Shown: positions 48,721 to 59,544, counted from the stretch's first letter. The stretch is DNA of 64,000 nucleotides from Macrostomum hystrix (GCA_950097015.1 CATNEN010000001.1:16368001-16432000), one strand, 5' to 3'. The notes: a model not told the origin generated them from the sequence alone. Numbers and translations: made by a program.

Positions 48721-49057
48721 CTAGCTGCCCTTCGCTACCCTCTGGGTAGCCTCCCTTGAGTTCTTATCAGTACGCGCGTGCGTTATCAAAACTGGCTCTG
48801 ATGCAATCATTAAAATTGGCACTGGAGGCCTCACTGTGCACAAGCTGAAAACAAGAATGCATTAGAAAAGCCTATTTAAAACAGTTTTTCGAATATTTAA
48901 TCCCCTTGGCAATGGAATTAAGCTTAATAAAAATACGTGTATAGTTGTCCCCATATTTGGCATCTTTTGGTGAAGAAATGGTGAAAATTGGTTGAGCCGT
49001 TCGGGAGAAAATCAATTACGAACAAGCAAGCAAGATTTTCATTTTTAGTATATTAGA
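48721..49057 (-). mobile_element. Mini-Helitron 2 (337 bp), head-to-tail with mini-Helitron 1
   Basis: Same termini, with a CTAG|TC junction at 48721/48720. Confidence 0.88.
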
Positions 49058-49523
49058 TTTTCATTTTTAGTATATAGATTGAGCCGTTTAAAAATCGATC
49101 GCGCATACATATATATATATAGATAGTTTTCATTTTTAGTATATAAGTTTTTATTTTTAGTATATAGAAAGAATATTTGTCTAAATTTTTTCAAGCTTTT
49201 GCTTGCAATTTTCGCACATGAAACGCTCAATTATTTTTAGCCATAATATATCTGCACTGAATTGTCTTTAACGAAAATTGTTATATTTTAGGTGCTAGTT
49301 TTTATATGCTTCAGCTTTTGACTGGTAATAATCTGACTAAATGGCTTTATGGCACTTGTTTTAAAGGTTTTTAGTGCCACTGTAACAGGATTTGAACTGA
49401 TATGCCTTCCATGGGCCCATGGTGTTAAACACCATTTACATATCAGGTGGCTCAACTTGTGCTGGCTTCACTTCAGGCACCTCAGAAGTATGCAAAAAGA
49501 ATTCATACCGCTAAATGTGCTCC

Positions 49524-50979
49524 TCAACCATCTGTGGACATCTGTGACGGGTCAGTGATTTGTGTCGACATTGGTAGGCCCGACTGAGTGAAGACTGCAG
49601 CGCGCCAGTCTCGAATGAAGGTTATCTGCGGAAACGGGTAATTTGATGAATTTTATTCATTTAACTTTAGACTGTATAGTTTAGAGGTATACTTATTCAT
49701 ACTTATTCAGGCAAACTTATTCGCTAGCGGGCCAAAGAGAGAATCTAAAAAACAATTTCTACACATTGACTGTAGAAATATGAAATAGGGGTGATGTGAA
49801 ACAGATAGGGAAGATAAGACAGGAAAAGCTGAGACCGGGGAGAGCTGAAATGATATACTGTAGGTGTCAGAAGGGGCAACATGCTCCTTTTCAATCTTCA
49901 AGATAAATTAAGTTGACGGAGAATTGAGAGCCGCATCTGGTCCGCGGGCGGAGTTTGACTCATAAAGCTCATAAACTCATAGCTCATAAGAAAGAAAAAG
50001 GAATACTTCTTTGCCTCCACAACGCACTCGTATTTTATTTATGCTCTCGTAGCCCGCAAACATGCGGTCGGAGCACTGCAACACAATTTCATCATGTGCA
50101 GCTTGGCTCGCATGCTCAGTTGCTTGGGCATGGACACGGACCGACTCGAAACATCGCTGGCTGGACAGCGCCTCCTCGAACCATTCCGTCAGATCTGAGT
50201 CATTGGCATGGAGGTGGCTAACATCTGCTTTAGAGCAGTTCAGCGCAACCGCTTGGCCATACGCTTGGACCTGGGCCCCTTGAATTTCCAAGGTGTCGCC
50301 TACGGCCCAGTTGTTCACCTGAGCCGAGCTGTTTGCCCAGAATGTGCAGGATACGGAGGACGCGGAGTCGTCGACCAGCGTTACTTTGGCCAAGTTGACG
50401 GGAGGCCCTCTCTTTCTTTGGACCTCCTTTGGCGGTTCGGTGCTCTTTATCACACCTCAGATGTCAACTTTCCTGTTTGGGCAGGGCGAAAGTGCACTAT
50501 TAAGCAGACTGCGTCAGTAATAAAAGACTTGATATATTCTAAAACACTTACTTCTGCATGGCAACAGCAGACAGGTCATCAATTTTTTTGTAGACCGCAG
50601 GTGGCCGATCCACGCTCTCTTGGGTCGCCATGAGGGTCGCATTCTTGTCTACTGACAGAGTCATCTCGAACTCGTTGTCAGCAGAATTGTAGGCCGGATT
50701 CGCGGACTTCACCCAACCACCAGACACACGTACAGCGGTTGCGTCTTGGCACACGTCGTGGTGATTTTTTAAGTCGCGACCGAAAACACTCACGCGAATT
50801 TCCTTCTGGTCATCCGCCAAAACGAAGGAAAATACCTGGCCGTTTCCTTTGGCGTTGGTGTAGTCCTTGAGCTCCGTCAGTCGGGACACCAGGCCGATTA
50901 CAGCACCGTCCATCAGGCCGGGCACGAGAGCCGCGATGCTCAGCTTGCTCTTCTTCGGAGTTGTGCTGCCGGTTGCCAT
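49524..50979 (-). CDS. RPA70-like two-OB protein, subfamily 1, copy 2 (Helitron unit D, ~49170-52606)
   Basis: Nearly identical to 11278-12722. All three exons are open and the splice sites are intact. Confidence 0.88.
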
Positions 50980-51847
50980 TGCTAAAGAGAGATCAAAGAA
51001 ATTGTATGAAAATTTGTTGAAAAAATGAAAGGAAAAGTTTGAACGGTTGAAAAACGACTTAGCTTGAATGCTGATTTAGACAGAGAGAAAGATGGGTTTT
51101 AGTTGCAGTTTGACAAGATCAGAGCTATAAAAACAGTTTTCAACGGCCATAAAAGCTTATCAGTTTTAATTGCTGTACTTGACAATTTGCACCTGTAATT
51201 ACACTGCGGTGGAGCAGCGGCTTAAATCTTTGTATTATGAAAGCTACTTTAATTTGATAGCTAATCAATTATTGAGATCGGTCCAATAAAAAACTTTTCT
51301 CCTGCAAAAACTTATCAGTTTTGATTGGCTGAGCCCGGACAACGTGTACCTGTAACTGTTCGGACTAAGGTGGGGCAGACGTTAAAATGGTCTGTCAAAA
51401 CATGGCTTTTTAATCAGATAACAGATAAATTAGTTGAGAAAGCGAAAATGTTCTACCTGGACATTATTTACGATCTAATTTGATGACAAATTAATTACGT
51501 TGGAAAAGCTAAACGTTTTTTACTGGACCATAATCATCTCTTAGACCTACAGCTATAGCGGTTGCGGTAATTTCGCCTCATTCTACAGCCAATCAGTAAA
51601 GCTCAGTAATAAATTACCGCAAAGCTCACCTTTATAACTTAACACCTGATACATGCTGTACCTGTTAGATCAAAGCCATTAAAGACTAATTTATGTAATT
51701 ATAACAGCAAACAAAAATGTCAACCCACCCCGCCAAAACTGCGCTCGTGTGCCCCATATAAGAGCTCGTAACAAGGCAGCCGCAGCTAGGCTCACATAAA
51801 GCATAATAAAATTTCTAAGTCCTGCAGTTCATTTTTCTTGTTATAAA

Positions 51848-52103
51848 ATGAAAATTATAAATAACTTTTATGGAAGCCCGGTTGGACGCCGCCGTCGCCG
51901 TGGAGGGCAAAAGGGAAAGAAAAATAGTAAGTTTTTTATTTTGCCGATTTTTGTTTTATGTGATCCGCAAGCTTATTTGCATTGAGGTATAACTGTTCAT
52001 GTTATTTTTCTCTTACTCAACAGTTACCTGCTACCTTTGTGCCGGGCCGCATCCGGTCCGCCGTTGCCCGGAGCTGGCTGAGCAACGGCAGCAGCAGCGG
52101 CAG

Positions 52104-52139
<36 letters not shown>

Positions 52140-52151
52140 GAAAAGCAGTAG
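51848..52151 (+). CDS. Basic + CCHC knuckle + poly-Q gene, copy 3 (exons 51848-51926, 52024-52151; probably shortened by CAG>TAG)
   Basis: MKIINNFYGSPVGRRRRRGGQKGKKN|ITCYLCAGPHPVRRCPELAEQR-polyQ. The in-frame TAG lies within the CAG run, and an in-frame EEEEEE tract follows downstream. Confidence 0.68.
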
Positions 52152-52698
52152 CAGCAGCAGCAACAGCTGTTCTGACTTGGGCGCGGTCTGAATAAAGAAG
52201 AAGAAGAAGAAGAAGCAGCAGCAGTACCTAATTTTTTCAAAGGCACTGCCATTTATTAACTTTATTAATAATATTAATATTTTTAATATTACTTTAATAT
52301 TAATAAATAAATATTAATAAATAATAAATCTATTAATAATAAATAATAAATAATAATATATAAATATTATTTATTAGCTTGCGACAATATTTTGAATTAT
52401 TCTCTTTTGTCATTTACCATACAAAGCTAGACAGTTCATTGTCCAAATATAGACTTATTTGGTGCTGATTCAGATGCTTCTGCAGAGTTTGCCACCAGCA
52501 AGACCAGAAACCCTGCACAGTTTGATCAAATGGATATATTCTCAGGTGTCAGTCTTTCTGCTTGCTGGCTTCAAGTCCGCATGGAAGATTGAATTTGAGA
52601 AGTCAACTAGCAAGTTTTGCCCCCCTTCGGGGAGCAGAAATACTTTTAATTCATCTAGTATATACTTTTAGCAGCTGAATTTACAGCTTTTTAAAGCT

Positions 52699-53187
52699 AC
52701 AATGAACCCCCAGTTGACAATGATCCCCCAGTTGACAATGATCCCCCAGTTGACAATGAACCCCCAGTTGACAACGATCCCCCAGTTGACAATGATCCCC
52801 CAGTTGACAATGATCCCCCAGTTGACAATGATCCCCCAGTTGATGAAGTCTCCCCATTGATGATGATCCCCAGTTAACAATGTTCCTCCAGTTGACAATG
52901 TTCCCCCAGTTGACAATGATCCCCCAGTTGATGATGATCACCCAGTTGACAATGATCCCCCAGTTGACAATGATCCCCCAGTTGACAATGATCCCCCAGT
53001 TGACAATGATCCCCCAGTTGATGATGATCCCCCAGTTGAAAATGATCCCCCAGTTGACAATGATACCCCCCTTGACAATGATACCCCAGTTGACAATGAT
53101 ACCCCAGTTGACAATGATCCCCCAGTTGGCCATGATCCCCCAGTTGACAATGATACCCCAGTTGACAATGATACCCCAGTTGACAAT
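52699..53187. repeat. 18-bp minisatellite, left part (split by the BEL element)
   Basis: (gatcccccagttgacaat)n, continuing at 59876. Confidence 0.95.
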
Positions 53188-53520
53188 TGTCGCTTGGGAC
53201 AAAACTTCTTTGCTTGTAATTGACTTGTATATCGAATGTATTTGGTTCGAAGCTCTTGTGGGCTTAGTGCGCACTAGAAGCAACTAAAGGGGAACTGTAC
53301 CGAGAAAGGCATTAGAAACATAGACAACGATTGAGTAACAAGGGGCGGGCAGGATGCGTAGTCTATGGGCTAAAAGGACGATAGAAAGCGAAACAATTAA
53401 AGTGCAGTGAAACGTACTGATTAACTAGTTGGTGAGCAAGAGAGAAAAGAGGAGAGTCGAAGGAAACGATGAGAAGGAGTTCTGGAGGAAGCATTTCCGA
53501 CAGGGTGGGGGGGGGCGAAG

Positions 53521-56500
53521 TTACGCAATGTTAAAAGGAGAGTCACGTAGAAGTTGTCGTCGCATGGCCCGTCGAGCGCGGTTGGTTTGTACCGGATCGT
53601 CCTTGCTGCCAGAAACGGGTGGAACTAGAGTCCTGCCGGCGTTGGCCGCGGTTTGGAAATCGATAATGTCGGCCTCGAGAGGGACGAGATGCGTGATGGC
53701 ACGGCGGGACTCGTGACCGGTGCTCGTTCGGACAGTGACATAACGGGTGATATCCTGACTGTCGGGATGGACTTCGATGACGCGGCACGTCTTCCAGTTT
53801 GACCGCGGAGTCTGGTCGGCGAGGAGGTAGAGCTGTCCAACGAGGGGCTGGTGTGAGTGCTCGCCGTGTCGTCTACGGTGTTGTAAGTGGATCGAGTGGA
53901 GTTGTTGAATGTAGTCGCGGTTCCATCGCGCCCAGAAAGCGTCAATGATTTGCTCGCGGCGTCGATAGAGAGCTCGTAGTTGGTTGCTGGTCGTGGTCCC
54001 AGCAGATGGAAGAAGGTGCTCAGGCGCTGCAGGCAAGTCAAGTCGAGCGCTAGGAGCGATGAGATCGGCTGGCGTTAGGGGGCGCGTATCGCTTGGGTCA
54101 TTCGAGAAAGATGTCAGCGGGCGAGAGTTCAAGACAGCCTCGATCTTTGTCAGCAGGGTGAGGAACTCTTCGTCCGAGATCCGCCGGCGCCAAAGTGCGG
54201 GTCGAAGGCTGGCTTTGACCATCCCAACCAGTCGCTCGACGGCTCCTTGGTGCCACGGAGCGCGTGCCGGTGCGAATTTGAAGTGGAGTTGTCTAGCAGT
54301 GGCGAATGGTTGGAGGTCAGCTAGGAGTTTGTGCTGGAACGTTGGTGTTAGCAGAGAGTCGATGATTTTGCCGGCCGCTTGGAAGGCGGTTGCCTGGTCT
54401 AGGAAGATGCTGGCTTCGGTGAGTCCCCGGCGGGCCCAGAATCGCTCGAAAGCATGGAGAACTGAGTCCGCAGAATAGTCATGGAGGTACTCGAGATGGA
54501 CCGCGCGGCTTGAGGCGCAACAGAGGAGCATTGCCCATCGTTTGTTGATAGTGCGGGTCTTCGTATCGGTCGTCAAGACGGGGCCCAGCTGGTCGACGAG
54601 CAGAGAGCTGAACGCCGGGCCTGATGAGTTGAGGCGCTCTGGTGGTAGCTGGCCATGCTGTGGGGGAGGGAGTGTGCGTCCCTTCGTGAATCGGCATTGA
54701 AGACACTGGCGGAGGCTTGAGCGGACAGTGGAGAGACCACGGACAATCCAGAAACGGTCGCGAAGGCTCCGTAGAACAGATATGGCGCTGCTGTGGCAAT
54801 CTCGTTTGTGGAAGTAGAGTATGAGCAGGTGAGTGAGATGATGATCGGGTGGAAGGAGCATTGGGTAGATTGCGTCTGCGTCTAAGGTTGCGTTTGCCAT
54901 ACGGGAATTGAGGCGGATCAGACCTTCGTCATCCAAGAAGAGGTCAAGCTGCGCGACTATCTTGCAGCTTTTGGGTCTGCCTTCCTGTGTGGCATTGATT
55001 GCGTCAGCGTAGCGCTCTCTCTGTACCCATTTGATCCACAAGTGAAGAGCAGCCTGGCGTTCCGAGGCATCTGGCGCGGTGACTCGGTTTCTTCGCTTGA
55101 CGAAACGGATAACATATGCGAGAGTTCCGAGAAGGGCACTGAGTTTGCCGAAGCGGTTGATGTCCATGTCTGCAGGGGGGACGCATCTGTTCGATGCAGA
55201 CAGGAAAGCGCTTGTCTTCTTGGTCTTTTTCTGGGCTGGTGGGATGCCTTGGAGAATCGTGGAGTTCGTGGGTGTGGGTGTTGTCTGAGATGGCCACTCC
55301 CCATGTGGCTGTCGGAGGAATCGAGGTCCGGTGAAGAAATTTGAATTGAGAAGTTGGCTGAGTGTAAGTGGCCTTGTGCAACAATCGGCAGGGTTCTCAG
55401 CGGTGTTGACGTAGCGGTAGTCGTCAGTCAGGTTGGACTCCAAGATCTCCTGAACGCGACGGGCCTCATAGGGACGGAGCTTGGCCCCATTGTGGATCCA
55501 ATGTAGGACTATCTGACTGTCCATGAAGTGGGTTATGCCACTGAGCCTCTTGCCTAGGTTAAAGGAGTCGCGTAGGAAAATCGCGGCTCGGTTGGCGATT
55601 AATGCGGCCCAGAGCTCAAGGCGAGGAACCGTGATGAGTACATTCTTGCGGCCAGATGGAGCGAGGCGGGCCTTGGCGTTGATGAGGCAGCAGTTGGTGA
55701 GGTCCTTCCCATTCTGATGCAGGTAAATTGTGTACCCGTAAGCTCGAGGTGAGGCGTCGCTGAAGATCACGAGCCTACTGGGTAGTGCCTGGTCTGCGAG
55801 GCAGCGACGAGGAACGGTAATACGGCAGATCTCGTTGAAATCATTGAGGAGTCTGCGCCAGCTCTCAACAGTATCGGTTGAGGCAGGCTTGTTCCATGCA
55901 TCCATAGGACCGAAGCTTTCGTGATATAGAAGACGTCCAGCTAGAAGCAGGGGCGCTGCGTAACCGCACGGGTCGTATGGCGTAGAGATTCCCTTAAGAA
56001 GACTGGCCCGGTTGAGATTAGGGTCCAATTTCAGCTGTGGACTGGCCAGGCTCAGTCGGTCACTCTGTGTGTCCCAGAGGATTCCGAGGCTCTTGACGAC
56101 TGGTTCGTGGATCTGATCTGCCCAGGGCACGTCGCAGAGCGCTCCTGGGTCACTGGCGGCAAACTGGCGGAGGTGAAACCCAGCGGATCGGAAGAGAGCT
56201 CGGGTTGCGGCAACGATACGTGGGCCCTCTTCTTGAACGTCATAGCCCTGGACCAAGTTGTCGACATAGAGGCTGTAGGGTAGCTGCTCAAGCTGTCGAG
56301 AGCTAAGACCTGATTTTCCGGAATCCATGGCATCCAGGCAGAGTTTCCGAATGACGGCGGCAAGGATCCACGGTGATGATCTGGCTCCCATGACGATACG
56401 GGTGAAGCGCCAGACTTGGAAATTGTCACGTGTAAGCGGCAGGTCGATGTTTTTGGGTAGGATAACACGTTGGGCGTCCCGACAATGCTCGTGCACGAGT

Positions 56501-59500
56501 ACTTGGTAAAAGGCGGCCTGGATGTCGCTGAGGCAGATAAACTTTGAGGTTCGGAGACGTAGCTGAACCTTAAAGAGGTTGGTGAGCAAGTTTGGCCCAG
56601 ACTCCATGAGGTCGTTGAGAGAGACGCCCCCTAGAGATGTTGGCGCTGAGGCGTCTACAACTGGTCGTACTTTTGTGGTGTTTGAAGACATCTTGATGAC
56701 GGGAAAGTGCGGCAGGACATGGATGATCTTTCCTTTTGGACTAGTGTCATCGACGATTTCCAGGATCCCTTCTGCTTTGTGCTTTTCAAACTCTCCATAG
56801 TACTCTTGACGCTCCGCCTGTGAAAGACGACGGTGTGTAGCCTGAGCGCGACCCCAAGCTTGTCCGAAGTTTGATGGGAGTTGCTCCGCTCCAGGCTTGA
56901 AGGGTAATGCGACCGAGTAACGACCGTCCGATCCACGTGTGGCCGAGTCCAGGAGGTCTTTCGTCAAAACGTCGCCTCGTGGATTGGGTTGTTCGGCCCC
57001 TCTTTCGATGCCGAGCAGCTCGAGGCTGGTCATTCGGTCGACCAGACATTCAAGGTTGTCGGGACGGGATTGTGACAGAAGTGAGTTGGCGATGAGTTGA
57101 CTAGAGTTGAGAAGCCCACTGGATTTACAATCGTCGGTATTTTCGAGGCAGCCTGTGAGGACGGCACCAAACGGGGTGAGGTGCGCGGTAAGACTTGGCC
57201 GCAGTGGGATTGCAGGAACGCTCGGGCCTATTAACCGCTGGGCATAGTCGTTACCGATGAGCAAATCTAACTCAAGTTCCCCGTCTTGGGAAGGTGGGAG
57301 ATTGGCTATTCCATGGGGCAAGTGTTGCAGAGTGGCCAGAATATCACTTGGTAGCTGGACAGCTGGTATGTGGATTGGTGGAGCGATGTGCTCGGTTGCC
57401 AGAACTCGGAGTGGTAAACGGCGGCCATCGGGTGTTGAGAGTTCGAGTTCGACGATGTCTGCGGTCACTCGGCGTCGAGAGTTGGTGTGACATGAAGAGC
57501 TGTCAAGCGAGATTCGGCGATGTAAACGAAGACCGAGTTTTCGAGCCACATCGAGTTTTATGTACGTGAAACTGCAGCCGCCATCGATGAGGACCGACAC
57601 TCGCGTAGTTCCGCCGCTAGTCGGGTTTACAGCATTGGCAGAGAATGTGGCCATGATGGACGGTCTTATCAACTCGTCGCAGGTGGAGGAGATGCAGGAG
57701 ACGGTATTGATGGTGTTATCGTTCATGGCTTTTAAGTTGGCGAATGCCGTCGGCAATGCGGTCGTCGAGTCGAGGTTGCTGTTGGCTTTCGCTGTTGAGT
57801 CGACGTGAAGAACATGCGGTGGTGGATTGAAACGCGCTCCGTGAAGTGATGTGTGGTGCAATGCTCGACACTCGCGGCATCTGTTCCGGGAGCTACAGTT
57901 TGAGGTGGCATGGCTACGCAGGCAGTTGAGGCACAGGGCCTTGCTTCGAATAACGCGGAGCCGATCATCGGGCTTCGAAATTACGTCGCATGTCTGACTG
58001 GAGTGTCCTGGCCGTTCGCAGTAGACGCAGATCGGTGCATGTGCACGTGTGTGCACGTGACCAGCACTCGGAGTGGATGAAGTTACGGAGCGGTTTGTGG
58101 CAGCGTTGATTAGACTAGCTCCGGCATAGGGGGCGAAAGCAGCTGTTGCGTAGTTGGTTTGCGAGGCACGGATGGCACGAAGCTTGTTGTCGAGGTGTCC
58201 CTTGAGCTCTTGCATTGTTGGAATTAGCGGTTGCAACGCCTTACAACGCACATCCTGGATATCTGATTGGAGCGCCGGTGGGAGCTTTGGCCACAGTGCA
58301 TGCACGTAGGGATCCAGGGCAGCACTGGTTTCACCGAGGCGGGTTAGCTGGCCGACTGTGAGGCGAAGTGTGTCCGAAAATTCCTCCAGGCTCTGGTGGT
58401 CGATGTTGCAAAGCTGCGGCAACGCGAGAAGTCGCCTGAAGCAGGTGCTCTTCTGCTCCCACAGGTCGCCATAATTAGCTTGGAGAATTTGGCAGGCTTG
58501 GTTGTAGGCCCCCGGTTGACAGGCGTCCAGACCACCTAGTTTCCGGAGGGCAGCGCCAGCGAGAAGCCCGCGAAGAGCTTCAAATTTATCAACGTCTGTG
58601 TAGTTGCTGCTGTCGATGCGGTAAGTGAAAGAACTCCAAAATGCAGGGAAACTAGCTGGGTCTTCACCGTCGAAACCTTGAAGTTGAACATTGCGGAGGA
58701 CGGTGTCGCCGAAGAGGGACGTCGGTCGAGGCGTCGGAGGGGCGGGCTGGGATGTGGTCTGGTTTATGTGAAGCTGTTGTACGAGCAGCTGGTTCTGCTG
58801 CATCATCTGAGCCATTGCGCCAATAAGTTGTTGTACAGCGTCCTGTTGGTTAGATACACCGAATGCGATAGAGCCGACTGGACTGGCAGGTGCGGCGAGG
58901 CCGCTGGTGGGTGCGGCGAGGCCGCTGGCAGGTGCGGCGAGGCCGCTGGTGGGTGCGGCGAGGCCGCTGGCAGGTGCGGCGAGGCCGCTGGTGGGTGCGG
59001 CGAGGCCGCTGGTGGGTGCGGCGAGGCCGCTGGCAGGTGCGGCGAGGCCGCTGGTGGGTGCGGCGAGGCCGCTGGTAGGTGCGGCGAGGCCGCTGGCAGA
59101 TGCGGCGAGGCCGCTGGTGGGTGAGGCGAGGGCGCTGGCAGGTGCGGCGAGGCCGCTAGCAGGTGCGGCGAGGCCGCTGGTGGGTGCGGCGAGGCCGCTG
59201 GTGGGTGCGGCGAGGCCGCTAGCAGGTGCGGCGAGGCCGCTAGCAGGTGCGGCGAGGCCGCTAGCAGGTGCGGCGAGGCCGCTAGCAGGTGCGGCGAGGC
59301 CGCTAGCAGGTGCGGCGAGGCCGCTAGCAGGTGCGGCGAGGCCGCTGGTAGGTGCGGCGAGGCCGCTTGTAGGTGCGGCGAGGCCGCTGGCAGGAGCTGC
59401 GAGGCCGCTGGCAGATGCGGCGAGGCCGCTGGTAGTCAGGTTAGTGTATGTAGGTCTTACTCGGCTTTGAGATTTGTGACCGAGCTTTCCACGAGTGGTG

Positions 59501-59514
59501 CTGCGCGTCTTCAT
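53521..59514 (-). CDS. BEL/Pao Gag-Pol polyprotein (Gag/DUF1759, Cys-His fingers, protease, RT, RNase H, integrase)
   Basis: FDG...FPAFWSSF, CVYC...H...C/CLNC..H/CREC...HHTSLH, LIDGGCSFTYI, SDIQAAF, LYVDN, FSDAS..AYG, TVPRLEL, NPAD..TR and PWHQGAVERLV. The order PR-RT-RH-IN fits BEL/Pao. Confidence 0.96.
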   Translation of the reverse strand: MKTRSTTRGKLGHKSQSRVRPTYTNLTTSGLAASASGLAAPASGLAAPTSGLAAPTSGLAAPASGLAAPASGLAAPASGLAAPASGLAAPASGLAAPASGLAAPTSGLAAPTSGLAAPASGLAAPASALASPTSGLAASASGLAAPTSGLAAPTSGLAAPASGLAAPTSGLAAPTSGLAAPASGLAAPTSGLAAPASGLAAPTSGLAAPASPVGSIAFGVSNQQDAVQQLIGAMAQMMQQNQLLVQQLHINQTTSQPAPPTPRPTSLFGDTVLRNVQLQGFDGEDPASFPAFWSSFTYRIDSSNYTDVDKFEALRGLLAGAALRKLGGLDACQPGAYNQACQILQANYGDLWEQKSTCFRRLLALPQLCNIDHQSLEEFSDTLRLTVGQLTRLGETSAALDPYVHALWPKLPPALQSDIQDVRCKALQPLIPTMQELKGHLDNKLRAIRASQTNYATAAFAPYAGASLINAATNRSVTSSTPSAGHVHTRAHAPICVYCERPGHSSQTCDVISKPDDRLRVIRSKALCLNCLRSHATSNCSSRNRCRECRALHHTSLHGARFNPPPHVLHVDSTAKANSNLDSTTALPTAFANLKAMNDNTINTVSCISSTCDELIRPSIMATFSANAVNPTSGGTTRVSVLIDGGCSFTYIKLDVARKLGLRLHRRISLDSSSCHTNSRRRVTADIVELELSTPDGRRLPLRVLATEHIAPPIHIPAVQLPSDILATLQHLPHGIANLPPSQDGELELDLLIGNDYAQRLIGPSVPAIPLRPSLTAHLTPFGAVLTGCLENTDDCKSSGLLNSSQLIANSLLSQSRPDNLECLVDRMTSLELLGIERGAEQPNPRGDVLTKDLLDSATRGSDGRYSVALPFKPGAEQLPSNFGQAWGRAQATHRRLSQAERQEYYGEFEKHKAEGILEIVDDTSPKGKIIHVLPHFPVIKMSSNTTKVRPVVDASAPTSLGGVSLNDLMESGPNLLTNLFKVQLRLRTSKFICLSDIQAAFYQVLVHEHCRDAQRVILPKNIDLPLTRDNFQVWRFTRIVMGARSSPWILAAVIRKLCLDAMDSGKSGLSSRQLEQLPYSLYVDNLVQGYDVQEEGPRIVAATRALFRSAGFHLRQFAASDPGALCDVPWADQIHEPVVKSLGILWDTQSDRLSLASPQLKLDPNLNRASLLKGISTPYDPCGYAAPLLLAGRLLYHESFGPMDAWNKPASTDTVESWRRLLNDFNEICRITVPRRCLADQALPSRLVIFSDASPRAYGYTIYLHQNGKDLTNCCLINAKARLAPSGRKNVLITVPRLELWAALIANRAAIFLRDSFNLGKRLSGITHFMDSQIVLHWIHNGAKLRPYEARRVQEILESNLTDDYRYVNTAENPADCCTRPLTLSQLLNSNFFTGPRFLRQPHGEWPSQTTPTPTNSTILQGIPPAQKKTKKTSAFLSASNRCVPPADMDINRFGKLSALLGTLAYVIRFVKRRNRVTAPDASERQAALHLWIKWVQRERYADAINATQEGRPKSCKIVAQLDLFLDDEGLIRLNSRMANATLDADAIYPMLLPPDHHLTHLLILYFHKRDCHSSAISVLRSLRDRFWIVRGLSTVRSSLRQCLQCRFTKGRTLPPPQHGQLPPERLNSSGPAFSSLLVDQLGPVLTTDTKTRTINKRWAMLLCCASSRAVHLEYLHDYSADSVLHAFERFWARRGLTEASIFLDQATAFQAAGKIIDSLLTPTFQHKLLADLQPFATARQLHFKFAPARAPWHQGAVERLVGMVKASLRPALWRRRISDEEFLTLLTKIEAVLNSRPLTSFSNDPSDTRPLTPADLIAPSARLDLPAAPEHLLPSAGTTTSNQLRALYRRREQIIDAFWARWNRDYIQQLHSIHLQHRRRHGEHSHQPLVGQLYLLADQTPRSNWKTCRVIEVHPDSQDITRYVTVRTSTGHESRRAITHLVPLEADIIDFQTAANAGRTLVPPVSGSKDDPVQTNRARRAMRRQLLRDSPFNIA
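58884..59432 (-). repeat. 21-bp coding repeat (SGLAAP[A/T]) x ~26 at the Gag N-terminus
   Basis: ggtgcggcgaggccgctg(g/a)(c/t) units with period 21, in frame. Confidence 0.93.
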
Positions 59515-59544
59515 TTTTGACTTGGCTGTGTGGATACGTTAGTG

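Noticed and set aside
52255-52375. Pure A/T tracts (also ~8990-9060)
   Set aside because: Simple low-complexity sequence with no further structure.
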